Assembly (NCBI GenBank): GCA_963777085.1
Contig: CAVZPI010000014.1
Span: forward strand, 19,778-83,777
DNA length: 64,000 nt
From: an uncultured Actinomycetes bacterium
Lineage (GTDB): Bacteria; Actinomycetota; Actinomycetes; S36-B12
Direction: 5' to 3'
The position numbers and the translations under genes are program-made. The notes under the pieces were generated by a model. That model was not told where the DNA came from and made no database searches. It saw nothing but the letters and a program-made list of their open reading frames with translations. This document shows, piece after piece, positions 1 through 12,581 of this stretch; position 1 is the first letter of the stretch, and each line of letters begins with the position of its first letter.

Positions 1-870
1 CGGGAGCCCGAGCTCGACGGGATTCTCCGCGATCTTGACCCCCGAAGTGACCGCGAGGGCGGTCACGCCACCGAACATGACGACGGCCAGGGCCCCCATC
101 GCGGTGAGGGTCATGGCGGCGTTGCGCGCCTTCGGGACCCTGAAGAACGGCACGCCGTTGCTGACGGCCTCGACTCCCGTCAACGCGGTGCATCCCGACG
201 CGAACGCCCTGAACAGCAGGAAGATGGCGGCCGCCCCCGTCGCCTGGGCCGCGTGGACGGGGTAGTTGGCCGACTCCGCGACGACGGGGCTGCCTGTGAG
301 GGTGCGGATGGCGCCCATGGCGAGCATGAGCAGGACGCTCGCGATGAACGCGTAGGTGGGGAAGGCGAACGAGACCCCGGACTCCTTCACGCCGCGGAGG
401 TTGACCACCGTCAGCAGGACCACCATGGCCAGGCTCATCTGGAGTGCCCACGGGTCCAGGGAGGGGAAGGCGGAGATCAGGTTCGCGATACCGGACGTGA
501 CGGACACTGCGACGGTGAGGATGTAGTCGACCACCAGCGCGGCGGCGGCGACGAGGGCGGTGCCCTGCCCGAAGTTGTCCTTCGCCACCGCGTACGCGCC
601 GCCGCCACCGGGATACGCATGGACGGTCTTGCGGTAGGACGCCACGACGATGACGAGCAGCACGGCGACGGCCAGTCCCACCCACGGCGTCATCGCGAGC
701 GCTGCGGCCCCGCCCAGCACCAGGACGAGGATGATCTGCTCGGTGGCGTAGGCCACGCTCGACAGGGGATCCGAGCAGAACACGGGCAGGGCGAGCCACT
801 TGGGGAGCAGGGAATGCCCTGAACGCTCGCTGCTCAGCGGCCGCCCGACCATCACGCGCTTGAATTGCAT
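1..870 (-). CDS. APC-family permease, KimA/YdaO-like K+ or amino-acid transporter (3' end runs off the window)
   Basis: Manual minus-strand translation from ATG at 870 gives MQFKRVMVGRPLSSERSGHSLLPKWLALPVFCSDPLSSVAYATEQII..., later YPGGGGAY and ALTGVEAVSNGVPFF, all typical of YdaO/KimA. Missing from the ORF track because there is no stop in the window. Confidence 0.85.
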   Translation of the reverse strand, partial: MQFKRVMVGRPLSSERSGHSLLPKWLALPVFCSDPLSSVAYATEQIILVLVLGGAAALAMTPWVGLAVAVLLVIVVASYRKTVHAYPGGGGAYAVAKDNFGQGTALVAAAALVVDYILTVAVSVTSGIANLISAFPSLDPWALQMSLAMVVLLTVVNLRGVKESGVSFAFPTYAFIASVLLMLAMGAIRTLTGSPVVAESANYPVHAAQATGAAAIFLLFRAFASGCTALTGVEAVSNGVPFFRVPKARNAAMTLTAMGALAVVMFGGVTALAVTSGVKIAENPVELGLP

Positions 871-920
871 CGTCGTCACGCCTCGACGGTAGGAGCGTCT
901 GCGGCTTCGGAGCGAGTCCT

Positions 921-953
921 CTTGACGCGTCCCTTACGCCGACGGCCGATTCC

Positions 954-959
<6 letters not shown>
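921..959 (-). promoter_or_regulatory. Direct-repeat operator upstream of the KimA-like gene, possible KdpE/OmpR-family site
   Basis: cttgacgc at 921-928, ccttacgc at 932-939 (11-bp spacing) and ccttacgc at 952-959. Confidence 0.5.
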
Positions 960-3725
<2,766 letters not shown>

Positions 3726-3869
3726 GGCACCTCCCGGCGGCGATGAGCCGCTCAGGCCATCTTCCCGCAGTCGCTCGACGGTGGCGTGCCGAGACCGGAC
3801 GACCGTGAGCGTGCCCTCTGTCGAAGCGTGGAAGGCGCAGGTGAGCGGATAGCTACCGAGGGGCGCTTG

Positions 3870-5042
3870 CTATGCGGTGTCGCGCGCGGTGTCGCCGGTG
3901 CCGGCCCCAGCCGAGTCGAACTCCGGCACGAGGTCGTAGGACTTCTGGTAGCTGCCCAGGATGGCAACACCGGCGGCTGCCAGCGGGATGCCGATGAGGG
4001 CACCGACCGGGCCCCAGATCGCGGCGCCGACGAACACGGCCGCCAGGGCGATCGCAGGATTGACGTCCATCGTCTTCTTGCTGACCCGCGGCGTGAAGAT
4101 GTAGCTCTCGACCTGCTGGTACACGGTGGCGAAGATGATGATGGCCACGGCCTTCCACGGGTCGCTGAAGACCGTGGCGAGCACCGGCAGGACGATGCCC
4201 AGGTAGGTGCCGATCATCGGGATGAACTGCGCCGTGATGCCGACGAACAGTGCGAAGGGCAGCCAGTACGGCACGCCGATGGCGAAGAAGAAGACGCCGT
4301 GGAAGAGCGCGGACAACGCGGCGAGAATGATCTTCGACACGACGTAGCCGCCGGTCTTCTCCGTGGTGATCTCGGAGACGGTGAGGAAGACGCGCTGGCC
4401 GCGAGGGGGCATGGCCGCAGCGATCGTGCGCAGGAACCGAGGCCCGTCGGCGGCGAAGTACGAAGCGAACACGACGACCGTGAGCAGGTCGAACAGCACG
4501 GACGAGAGGGAGCCGACCACGCCGAGAACCCCGCCGGACAGCGAACTGGCCCAGGCGCTGATGTTCGCGGTGTCGAGTTGCAGGGACGAGGCGATCGAGT
4601 TCGGGTCCAGGCTGGTGCCGAGGTGGCTGTTGCTCCATGAGATCAGGGCGTTCTCGATGCTGGGGATGCTGCTGACGAACTGGGCGATCTGGGTGAAGAA
4701 CAGCTGGCCGAACAGCGCAGCCAGGGCGATCACCATCAGCGCGGTCCCGCCTCCGACGATGGCCGCGGACGTCCCGCGGGACCGTCCGCGCGCGATGAGT
4801 GCCCGGATGCCGGGCTCGAGGGCGATCGAGATGAGCCACGCCATGAGGATGAGGAAGAGGAAATGGCTGGTGACGGAGAACAGCCACAACGCCAGCATGA
4901 GCCCGGCGACGAGGAACATGAGGATGAGCCCGGAGCGGCGCACGGAGCGGAGGTTGAAGCTGATGGTGATGTCGCGCCGGTCAGGCGCGGCCGAGACCTG
5001 CTCGGTGATCGAGGGCTCGTCGTCAGGAGTGGGAGGAGTCAT
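3870..5042 (-). CDS. AI-2E family transporter (PerM/UPF0118)
   Basis: 390-aa polytopic membrane protein with FIPMIG, YQQVESYIFTPRV and GPVGALIGIP motifs. Confidence 0.9.
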   Translation of the reverse strand: MTPPTPDDEPSITEQVSAAPDRRDITISFNLRSVRRSGLILMFLVAGLMLALWLFSVTSHFLFLILMAWLISIALEPGIRALIARGRSRGTSAAIVGGGTALMVIALAALFGQLFFTQIAQFVSSIPSIENALISWSNSHLGTSLDPNSIASSLQLDTANISAWASSLSGGVLGVVGSLSSVLFDLLTVVVFASYFAADGPRFLRTIAAAMPPRGQRVFLTVSEITTEKTGGYVVSKIILAALSALFHGVFFFAIGVPYWLPFALFVGITAQFIPMIGTYLGIVLPVLATVFSDPWKAVAIIIFATVYQQVESYIFTPRVSKKTMDVNPAIALAAVFVGAAIWGPVGALIGIPLAAAGVAILGSYQKSYDLVPEFDSAGAGTGDTARDTA

Positions 5043-5193
5043 GCCGTGCCCCTACGTCGTCGGGCCGACCCGGCGCCGGCAGCGTCCTGGTGAGCCTACT
5101 GCGTGAACGGGACGGGCATCCGACGATAACCCCCGCTACTCTCGAGCCGAACGCCATTGCCTTGCCCTGCGCCACGCGATATCGGGGAGAGCC

Positions 5194-5961
5194 ATGAGTC
5201 ATCTGCTGCATCGCCTGGAAGCGGTCGTCCTTGCAGGTGCCGTCGCCATTACGGTCTCCGGCAGCGCGGCGAGCGCATCGTCGGCTCCGCAATCCCGCAC
5301 GGCCGCCTACGTGTGCGGACGCGGACTGGAGAGCCCGCCCTGCGAGGTGAAGCCGTCGCAACTGGAGTTCTCGGACAATCACGACCTGATCGCCACGGGA
5401 CTGGCGTGGAGCGGCTGGGGTCGAAGGTCCACGACGGCCCGTGCGGACATCACGGTCAACTGGACCGGCACGGCACGCACCCATCGGGGAGTGGTGAAGC
5501 TGTACGACCTTCGGCCCTGCCACGGTCAACGCGCCTATCGAGCCGGCCGTGTCACGTGGGCGAGTGAATCGGTCGTGATCCGGTTCGACTGCCGGGCCAT
5601 CCCCGGGATGCCGCGATCCGTCGAGTTCCATTCCGCCGACGGAAGCCTCGGATGCGGCATGCTCTGGGATGCGAAGGAGGGATCCTCGGCGCGATGCGAT
5701 GTCGAGAACGCCGGATACCAGACCCCGCTCACCGCCGACTGCCAGGATCTCGACCAGGGTGACTCGCTTGCACTGGGTGAGAAGGTGGTGTCGACGTGCC
5801 ACGGTGACACCGTCCTGCGAGCTGGGCCCGTCCTGCCGAACGGTCACAGCCGGCGCGTCGGCGACATCCGTTGTTCGATGGCCCGCTCGGGGGTCACCTG
5901 TCGCAACCTGGTGACCGGGCACGGCTTCTTCATGTCCCGGAGCTCCTACCGGGTCTGGTGA
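5194..5961 (+). CDS. Secreted Cys-rich protein with a DUF6636-like C-terminal domain
   Basis: Signal peptide-like N-terminus and GGAGAG RBS. C-terminus F.S.DG.LGC...RCDV...GDT..L.G.....GDIRC....GVTCRN..GHGF.MSR. Confidence 0.7.
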   Translation: MSHLLHRLEAVVLAGAVAITVSGSAASASSAPQSRTAAYVCGRGLESPPCEVKPSQLEFSDNHDLIATGLAWSGWGRRSTTARADITVNWTGTARTHRGVVKLYDLRPCHGQRAYRAGRVTWASESVVIRFDCRAIPGMPRSVEFHSADGSLGCGMLWDAKEGSSARCDVENAGYQTPLTADCQDLDQGDSLALGEKVVSTCHGDTVLRAGPVLPNGHSRRVGDIRCSMARSGVTCRNLVTGHGFFMSRSSYRVW

Positions 5962-6316
5962 CCAGCCCATCGGGGTCCTGACCGGGGGAGATCCCGCGGA
6001 GAGCGAGCGCCCCGAGGACGAGGACCTCGCAGGCGAGCAGGGCCACGCCCCACGCGAGGTAGCCGCATGCGGCAAGACCCAGCGACGACGCTGCGAACAG
6101 GGCCACCTCGAGGCAGACGCGAACTGGCAGGGGAAGGTCCACTCGTCGACGCGGAGCGAGCAGCAGGCCCCACAGGCCCGCCACTGCCAGTACGAGCGCG
6201 GACGCTGCGACGATCCCCGCCATGCCGCCGTCGAGCGCCGTGAAGCCCACCACGGCCATGGCCGCCAGCAGGCCGAGCTCCAGCAGGAACGCAAGTCCGA
6301 GGAGGGCAGCTGTCAT
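5930..6316 (-). CDS. YrdB/DUF2568 family membrane protein
   Basis: LAFLLEL...LWGLLLAPR...RVCLEVALF pattern, 4 TM segments. Confidence 0.8.
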   Translation of the reverse strand: MTAALLGLAFLLELGLLAAMAVVGFTALDGGMAGIVAASALVLAVAGLWGLLLAPRRRVDLPLPVRVCLEVALFAASSLGLAACGYLAWGVALLACEVLVLGALALRGISPGQDPDGLVTRPGRSSGT

Positions 6317-6421
6317 CGGGCCAGCCTGTCACGGGCAGCGGCGGCAGTGCAGACCCGTGCCGGAGGGCATCAGCCTGGATGCGACGCTACGCGGTCTGCG
6401 CGGATTCGGTGGAGAAGTGCC

Positions 6422-6465
6422 TTGACCTTCGCGTGGTGAGGCACTTTAATACAACCAAATGGTTG
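6422..6465 (+). promoter_or_regulatory. Promoter and palindromic ArsR autoregulatory operator overlapping the start codon
   Basis: TTGACC at 6422, TTTAAT at 6445, and CAACCA-AA-TGGTTG at 6452-6465 spanning the ATG at 6459. Confidence 0.7.
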
Positions 6466-6809
6466 CAGATCAACTGACGGATCTCGAGGTGGACCGGCTG
6501 TTCCACGCATTGGCGGATGCCACGCGCAGGGACATCGTCCGCCAGGTGCTGACGGGTGGGCACTCGATCTCCGAGCTCGCGCGACGCTATCCGATGAGCA
6601 TGGCCGCGGTGCAGAAGCACGTGGCGGTCCTCGAGGGCGCGGGCCTGGTGATCAAGCACCGGCGCGGACGCGAGCAGCGTGTCGTCGGCCGGGTCGAGGC
6701 CCTCCAGGAGGCCCAGTACCTGCTCGACCAGTACGAGCAGGTGTGGCGCGACCGTTTCGACCGCATCGGCGAACTGCTCGCCGAGCCCGCAGAAGGAGGC
6801 AAGCCGTGA
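6459..6809 (+). CDS. ArsR/SmtB family transcriptional regulator
   Basis: FHALADATRRDI...SISELA...AVQKHVAVLEGAGLV...RGRE winged HTH. Confidence 0.92.
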   Translation: MVADQLTDLEVDRLFHALADATRRDIVRQVLTGGHSISELARRYPMSMAAVQKHVAVLEGAGLVIKHRRGREQRVVGRVEALQEAQYLLDQYEQVWRDRFDRIGELLAEPAEGGKP

Positions 6810-7294
6810 CCGTGACAAGCGTGCGCAAGGACCCCGAGCTCCTCACGATGACCGTCGTCGCAGAGTACGACGTGACGGCCGACAGGGCGTGGGAGCTGTG
6901 GAACGACCCACGCCAGCTGGAGCGCTGGTGGGGGCCGCCGACCTATCCGGCGACGGTCGTCGACCACGACCTCACCGTGGGCGGCACCGTCACCTACTTC
7001 ATGACGGGCCCCATGGGTGATAGGCCACGTGGCTGGTGGCGCATCCTCGAGGTCGAGCCCCCGCGACTCCTCGTCCTCGAGGACGGCTTCGCCGACGACG
7101 CGGACCAGCCGATCGCGGGAATGCCCGTCATGGTCATGCGCGTTCGGCTGGACGACCGGCCCGCCGGCGGTGTCACGATGACGATGGAGACGACGTTCCC
7201 GTCGCTGGCGGCGATGGAGCAGCTGATCGCGATGGGCATGGAGGTGGGTCTCCAGCAGGCCATGGGCCAGATCGACGACATCCTGGCCGACTGA
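6806..7294 (+). CDS. SRPBCC (AHSA1-like) domain protein
   Basis: GTGA overlap with the ArsR stop and AGGAGG RBS. WNDPRQLERWWGPPTYPAT motif. Confidence 0.9.
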   Translation: MTVTSVRKDPELLTMTVVAEYDVTADRAWELWNDPRQLERWWGPPTYPATVVDHDLTVGGTVTYFMTGPMGDRPRGWWRILEVEPPRLLVLEDGFADDADQPIAGMPVMVMRVRLDDRPAGGVTMTMETTFPSLAAMEQLIAMGMEVGLQQAMGQIDDILAD

Positions 7295-7338
7295 CCAAGC
7301 ACCTGCTCTGCCCTCCCGTGTCACGCCACCATGACGCG

Positions 7339-8760
7339 CTAGCGGTGCCGAGGCGACACGGGGTCATCCCTGAGCGCGTGGCCCAGCTCCGCGACGGCTG
7401 CCTCGAGAACGGGCGCGGTTGCCAGGGAGATGCACATCCGGACGTAGGAGCCCCATGCCTCGGCCGGAAAGTAGAGCCGACCGGGATTGAGGGCATAGCC
7501 GCGGGTGATCATCGCCCGGACGAGGTCATCCTCGTTGATCCCGTCGGGCAGGGCGACCCACGCGGCGAGGGCACCGGAGTGGGCGAAGGGCTGGGGGATG
7601 TCGGGGAGCGCGGTGTCGATCGCGCGCCACACCGCGTCGCGACGCAGCTGCAGTTCCCGCTTGACGGACGCAAGGTGACGTCTCCATCCGGCCGAGGTCA
7701 GCACGTCCACGGCGACGTTCTGCAGCAGCGGGGACGTGTCCAGCTGGGATGCGGTGGCGAACTGGTAGATGCGGCGGGAGATGGCGCCGCGAGACGCGAC
7801 GGCACCGATGCGCAGACCGGGGGAGATCGTCTTCGTGAGCGTGCGCAGGTAGATCACGTGGCCCGAGGTCGCCTGCGAGAACAGGGTGGGCGCCGGTGTC
7901 GGGGAGGGATCGAGGTCTCGAAGGTAGTCGTCCTCGATGAGGAAGGCGCCGTGGCGCTCGACGATGTCGAGAACCTGCTCGCGGCGCGACGGCGCGAGGC
8001 TGGATCCGGTCGGGTTCGACAGTCGTGGCTGGCAGTAGAAGGCGGTGGCCCCGGTGCGCGCGAAGGCCGCCTCGAGCGCATCGGGGAGGACGCCGTCCAT
8101 GTCCGCCGGAACCGGGATCGGGTCGAGTCCGGCGTTGGCGGCGGCTGCCAGCACTCCGGGATAGGTGGGCGACTCGACGAGGACGGGACGTCCGCGCTGT
8201 CCGAGTGCGCCGAGGACGAACGTCGTTGCGGACTGGCCTCCGGAGACGATGATGATGTTGTCCGCATGGACGAGGCCGCCGTGCTCCTGCGCGAAGTACG
8301 CCCTGAGCTCGGGGATGCCGCCGTTGCCGGCGAAGGACCAGCTCTGCTCGCGTCGAGCCGCGCGCGCCGTTGCTGCGGCCAGCAGCCCGGACGGCTGCAG
8401 CGTCGTGTCGAGGTACGCGGTCTTCAGGTTCGTGACTCCCGGCGGGGCGGTCTCCTCCATCTGCTCGAGGACCAGGTGCCCCGGAAGGGCGGCGCCGAGA
8501 GTAGTGGTCTGCCACGACAGGTCGACGCTCCTCGCGGCGGGGTTGGGCGAGGGCGACGAGACGTAGGTCCCTCGGCCGGGGCGCACGTCCACCAGGTCGC
8601 GCACGCGGAGCGCCTCCAACGCCTGCTGCACCGTCAGCGGACTGACCGCGAACCGACGCTGGATCTCGCGCGTGCTCAGGAAGCGCTCACCGGGGGCCAT
8701 CGTGTGGAGGATGTCGGCCAGTTCTTTCGCCAGCCCAAGAGAAGCGCTATCGTTGGACAT
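7339..8760 (-). CDS. MocR/GntR-family regulator (wHTH plus PLP aminotransferase-like domain)
   Basis: Start MSNDSA at 8760. GERFLSTREI...VSPLTVQQAL..L...RPGRGTYV wHTH, then ESPTYPG, NPTG, IEDDY, TLTKTISPGLRIG. Confidence 0.9.
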   Translation of the reverse strand: MSNDSASLGLAKELADILHTMAPGERFLSTREIQRRFAVSPLTVQQALEALRVRDLVDVRPGRGTYVSSPSPNPAARSVDLSWQTTTLGAALPGHLVLEQMEETAPPGVTNLKTAYLDTTLQPSGLLAAATARAARREQSWSFAGNGGIPELRAYFAQEHGGLVHADNIIIVSGGQSATTFVLGALGQRGRPVLVESPTYPGVLAAAANAGLDPIPVPADMDGVLPDALEAAFARTGATAFYCQPRLSNPTGSSLAPSRREQVLDIVERHGAFLIEDDYLRDLDPSPTPAPTLFSQATSGHVIYLRTLTKTISPGLRIGAVASRGAISRRIYQFATASQLDTSPLLQNVAVDVLTSAGWRRHLASVKRELQLRRDAVWRAIDTALPDIPQPFAHSGALAAWVALPDGINEDDLVRAMITRGYALNPGRLYFPAEAWGSYVRMCISLATAPVLEAAVAELGHALRDDPVSPRHR

Positions 8761-9010
8761 GAGACGCAATGATAGCGCTATTGCCAGCAGACCGGAAGCG
8801 CCCCTGTGGACGGGTCCCGCGGTCTCGGCATGGATCGCCTTCGCGATCGAGGTCGGCATCGACGTGGATCGTGAAGGCCTGATGCGCATCGCGGCGCATG
8901 CCGTCGAGTGCGGAGCCTCGCCGCTCCTCGCCGAGGTTGCCTGCGACGAGGGCGAGCCGATGGTCGCGCGGCTTCGGGCCCTCGGCAGGATTGCCAGCCA
9001 CGTGGCATGA
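8759..9010 (+). CDS. Small hypothetical protein (83 aa), divergent from the MocR gene
   Basis: ATG at 8759 overlaps the MocR start (CATG). Reads MRRNDSAIAS...ARLRALGRIASHVA and is followed by a hairpin at 9012-9038. Confidence 0.6.
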   Translation: MRRNDSAIASRPEAPLWTGPAVSAWIAFAIEVGIDVDREGLMRIAAHAVECGASPLLAEVACDEGEPMVARLRALGRIASHVA

Positions 9011-9011
9011 G

Positions 9012-9038
9012 CATCGAGGGGCGGTCGCCTTCTCGATG
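9012..9038. terminator. Hairpin between convergent genes
   Basis: catcgaggggcg-gt-cgccttctcgatg imperfect stem. Confidence 0.45.
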
Positions 9039-9062
9039 GGGCGGAAACGGGGGACGACGTCG

Positions 9063-10133
9063 TCAGCCGACGACGCGGCCGACCCCGCTGAAGCGCTCGC
9101 CATACCAGGGTCCGAGGAAGTCGGTGATCTCCACGCCGTCGCTCGGGTTGGACGCGCTGACCATCTTGCCGTTTCCGACGTACATGGCGACGTGGTGCGC
9201 GCCACCTCCGAAGTAGAACACCAGGTCGCCGGGCTGGATATCGCTGACGGGTACGCGGCGGGTCTGGTCCCACTGGGTGTAGCTGAGCGCTGTCAGTCCC
9301 ACGCCGGCGCTGCCCCACGCTGCTGCGGTGAGCTTGGAGCAGTCCCAGGAGCTCGGCGGGCTGGCGCTGTAGGAATACGGCTCGCCGACCTGCGCCAGCG
9401 CGTACTGGACGGCAGCCTGGGCGCGTGACCCGCCCGACGATCCGTCGAACGACACCGTCGGGACGGCCGCGGCCTGGGCGGCCTGTGCGCGGGCGTCGTT
9501 GATCTGCTGCTGGCGCCTGTCGGCGGCGATCTGCGCCAGCCGCTGGCGCTCGGCCTCCTGGAGCCCGGCCAGCACCTTCTCGGCCGCGGCGAGCTCGCCG
9601 GCGGCCTCGTCCTGGGCTGCGGTCATCTGGTCACGGACCTGCTGGGCGGCGTCCTCGCGGTCGGCGATCTCTGCCTCGGTCTGCGCCAGCCGCAGGCGGA
9701 CGGTCTGCGCCTGGCGCAGCTGTGCGACCTGGGTCTGCTCGAGCTGGTTCATGACGGCGGCCTGGGCGAGGAACTCGGCCGGGTTCTCCGCCAGCAGAAC
9801 CTGGAGGGTGCTGTCCATGCCCCCGTTGACATAGGCGGACCGCGCGATGTCGTCGATGGTCGACATCGCCACCCGCAGGTCGGTGCGCTCGCGATCAGCC
9901 CGGTTCTTGATCGCATCGAGCTTCGTGGAGATCTCGTCGAGCTGGCCCTGCGCCCTCTTGGCATCCTCCGTTGCCGCGGCGGCCTGCCTCTGCAGTTCGC
10001 GGACCTGCTGGGCAACCTGCTGCAGATCCCGTTGAGGGACCGCAGCGGAGGGGGAGAGCGAAACCAGGGAGAGCGCCATCGATGCGGCAATGATGCCGAC
10101 TGCGGCAACTCGTCTGGGCCGCATGGCAACCAC
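9063..10133 (-). CDS. NlpC/P60 peptidoglycan endopeptidase with an N-terminal coiled coil (RipA/CwlO-like)
   Basis: Signal peptide, Q/A-rich coiled coil, ALAQVGEPY...WDCSKL...IQPGDLVF...HHVAMYVGNG. Confidence 0.92.
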   Translation of the reverse strand: MVAMRPRRVAAVGIIAASMALSLVSLSPSAAVPQRDLQQVAQQVRELQRQAAAATEDAKRAQGQLDEISTKLDAIKNRADRERTDLRVAMSTIDDIARSAYVNGGMDSTLQVLLAENPAEFLAQAAVMNQLEQTQVAQLRQAQTVRLRLAQTEAEIADREDAAQQVRDQMTAAQDEAAGELAAAEKVLAGLQEAERQRLAQIAADRRQQQINDARAQAAQAAAVPTVSFDGSSGGSRAQAAVQYALAQVGEPYSYSASPPSSWDCSKLTAAAWGSAGVGLTALSYTQWDQTRRVPVSDIQPGDLVFYFGGGAHHVAMYVGNGKMVSASNPSDGVEITDFLGPWYGERFSGVGRVVG

Positions 10134-10266
10134 TATGCCGCCGACGCCGAGGTGGCACTGACCATGAAAGGTGAAGATTCGATCAAGTTCGGGCTCCTTG
10201 GCGGCTGTGACGCGGCGACTGCGGACGTCGGGGGGAAGGGTCGTCGCATCCAGTGTCGCCGTACCT

Positions 10267-10293
10267 GCCGTGTCACGGACGGCGTGACACGGC
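10267..10293 (-). terminator. Stem-loop downstream of prfC
   Basis: gccgtgtcacg-gacgg-cgtgacacggc, perfect 11-bp stem. Confidence 0.5.
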
Positions 10294-10342
10294 GGGAGTG
10301 CGAATTATCTCAACCTCTTCCCTCACCCTCCTCGAACGGTGG

Positions 10343-11992
10343 TCAGTCGGTCGCGGTGTCGGCCACGAGTGGTTCCAGCGTCACGCCCTTGACGTCCTGC
10401 AGCACGCGCTGCAGGTGCCAGGGTCCCTTGAACAGGGCCAGGTGGATCCCGTCACTGCGCAGCATGACCTCGACGTCGCGTCGCACGGCCAGGGCAGGGA
10501 TGTCGGCGGCCGTCGTCCGGCGCGCCATCGTGTACTCCAGGTGGTCGAGCGTGACGGGAGTGGAGAACTCGTTCTGGAGTCGGTGGGTGGCGACCTCGAA
10601 CTGCATGGGTCCCACCGCGGCAAGCACAGGGGCCTGGTCGCCTCGCAGGTCCGAGCGAAGAACCTGGACCACGCCCTCGTGATCCAGCTGATCGATGCCC
10701 TTGCGAAACTGCTTGTACCGGCTGGGGTCCTTCGCGCGCACGACCGCGAAGTGCTCCGGAGCGAAGAGCGGGAGCGGCGGGAATGCCACGTGCCTGCCGA
10801 CGTAGAGCGTGTCGCCGGCGCGCAGGGAACCGGCGTTGACGAGGCCGATCACGTCGCCCGGGAAGGCGACGTCCAGGGTCTCGCGGTGCCGGCCGAACAC
10901 GCTGTGCGCGTACTTCGTGGCGAAGGCCCGCCCCGTCGCCTCATGCGTGATGACGTCGCCGCGGTGGAACACGCCCGAGCAGACGCGCGCGAAGGCGAGC
11001 CGATCGCGGTGGGCGGCGTCCATGCCGGCCTGCACCTTGAACACCTGCGCGCTGAAGGGCTCGTCGACCTCCCGCGGCCGCCCTGAGGAGTCAGGTCGCG
11101 CGAGCGCAGATGGCGCCAGGTCGTGCAGCACGTCCAGCAGGTGGCCGACGCCGAAGTTCAGCACGGCCGCGGCGAAGAGGACCGGCGTCGTGCGCCCCGC
11201 CAGGAACGAGTCCTGCCGGTGGTCGGCGTCGTCGAGCGTGAGCAGGTCGTGCTCCTCCACGGCGACCGTCCAGGCGTCACCCTCGCGAGCATGGGCCTGG
11301 CCGGGATCCAGGTGCTCCGCGCCGGCGATCGTTGCCCCGCCCGCGGTACGGGTGAAGTGGACGAAGTCGCCGGTGCGCCGGTCGAGCACGCCTCGAAAGT
11401 CCCCCGCGATGCCGACCGGCCAGGTGAGCGGCGTCGGGATCAGACCGGTACGCGCGTGGATCTCGTCGAGCAGTGCGAGCGGATCCAGACCCGGGCGGTC
11501 CCACTTGTTGATGACCGTGATGATCGGCACGCCACGCTGCTTGCACACGGCGAACAGCTTCATCGTCTGCGGCTCGAGGCCCTTGGCCGCGTCGATGAGC
11601 ATGACGGCGCAGTCGACCGCCGAGAGCACCCGGTAGGTGTCCTCCGAGAAGTCCGCGTGTCCGGGGGTGTCCACGAGGTTGAAGACCGCCTGGCGGTAGG
11701 GGAACTGCAGCGCCGACGAGCTGATGGAGATGCCGCGTGCCTTCTCCATGTCCATCCAGTCGGACACCGTCGAGCGCCGACCGGCCTTGCCGAGGATCGC
11801 CCCCGCCTCGGAGATGGCATGGGCGTGCAGGGACAGGGCCTCCGTCAGCGTCGACTTGCCCGCGTCGGGGTGGCTGATGACGGCGAACGTGCGTCGGCGC
11901 GCCGCCTGCTCGGCGACATCGGGGAACCCATGGACCGCAGCATCGCGGGGGATGCTCGCGGACGCGGGACTGCCTTGATCGACCGCAGTCAC
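10343..11992 (-). CDS. prfC: Peptide chain release factor 3
   Basis: RRRTFAVISHPDAGKSTLTE, SDWMDMEKARGISISSS, DTPGHADFSEDTYR, NKWD, QFEV..RL..E. Confidence 0.97.
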   Translation of the reverse strand: MTAVDQGSPASASIPRDAAVHGFPDVAEQAARRRTFAVISHPDAGKSTLTEALSLHAHAISEAGAILGKAGRRSTVSDWMDMEKARGISISSSALQFPYRQAVFNLVDTPGHADFSEDTYRVLSAVDCAVMLIDAAKGLEPQTMKLFAVCKQRGVPIITVINKWDRPGLDPLALLDEIHARTGLIPTPLTWPVGIAGDFRGVLDRRTGDFVHFTRTAGGATIAGAEHLDPGQAHAREGDAWTVAVEEHDLLTLDDADHRQDSFLAGRTTPVLFAAAVLNFGVGHLLDVLHDLAPSALARPDSSGRPREVDEPFSAQVFKVQAGMDAAHRDRLAFARVCSGVFHRGDVITHEATGRAFATKYAHSVFGRHRETLDVAFPGDVIGLVNAGSLRAGDTLYVGRHVAFPPLPLFAPEHFAVVRAKDPSRYKQFRKGIDQLDHEGVVQVLRSDLRGDQAPVLAAVGPMQFEVATHRLQNEFSTPVTLDHLEYTMARRTTAADIPALAVRRDVEVMLRSDGIHLALFKGPWHLQRVLQDVKGVTLEPLVADTATD

Positions 11993-12082
11993 GTGCCTGA
12001 CCTCCGCCTGTCGTGCGCCGGCTGCCGATTCTACCCTCGAATCCGGACCGGGCTGCCCGGAGGATTCACGCGTCGGCGACCC

Positions 12083-12578
12083 TCAGGCCCTGTCGAGGGC
12101 TGATTGCACGGATTGGGCATATGCCCTGGACGTGTAGGTCGCACCCGAGACGGCGGCGACCTTGGTGGACTGCGCGGCAAGGATCTTGGCCTTCATCCCC
12201 GGGATGGCCCGGTCGGTGTAGGCCTGGTAGCCGCCGCCGGGGGCCGTGATGGTGGCGATGTTGACGAGTCTCGTGCCGTCCATGGCTATCTTCACCTGGA
12301 CGGTGCCGAACCTGAAGTCGACGGAGTCACCCTTGATGACCCGCTTCGTGCTGACGGCGGGGCGCACCGGATCCGGTGGCCGCCGCGGACGGAGCGCCTG
12401 GACCGGATGCAGCCGAGGCCGCCACGGAGGGGAAGCCCGAGCTCTCCGCCATCCCGATGTCCTCGGCCCCGGAGGTGTCGTTGTCCGCTCCCGACGGCAG
12501 CAGGTAGAGCAGCAGCCCTCCGGCCGCACAGAGGAGGACCGCCGGCGCAGCCCTTCGAACGAATCCGACCTCAACCAT
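12083..12578 (-). CDS. Membrane-anchored FMN-binding protein (one frameshift near 12360)
   Basis: Signal/anchor in frame 12327..12578. C-terminal FGTVQVKI...AAQSTKVAAVSGATYTSRAYAQSVQSALD with the SGAT flavinylation motif in frame 12083..12655. Confidence 0.85.
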
Positions 12579-12581
12579 CGT

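Noticed and set aside
10134-10342. Possible c-di-AMP (ydaO) riboswitch upstream of the NlpC/P60 gene
   Set aside because: The conserved GGGGAACC and CCCGUCAGCUAAC segments are absent on the minus strand. Only a simple hairpin is present.
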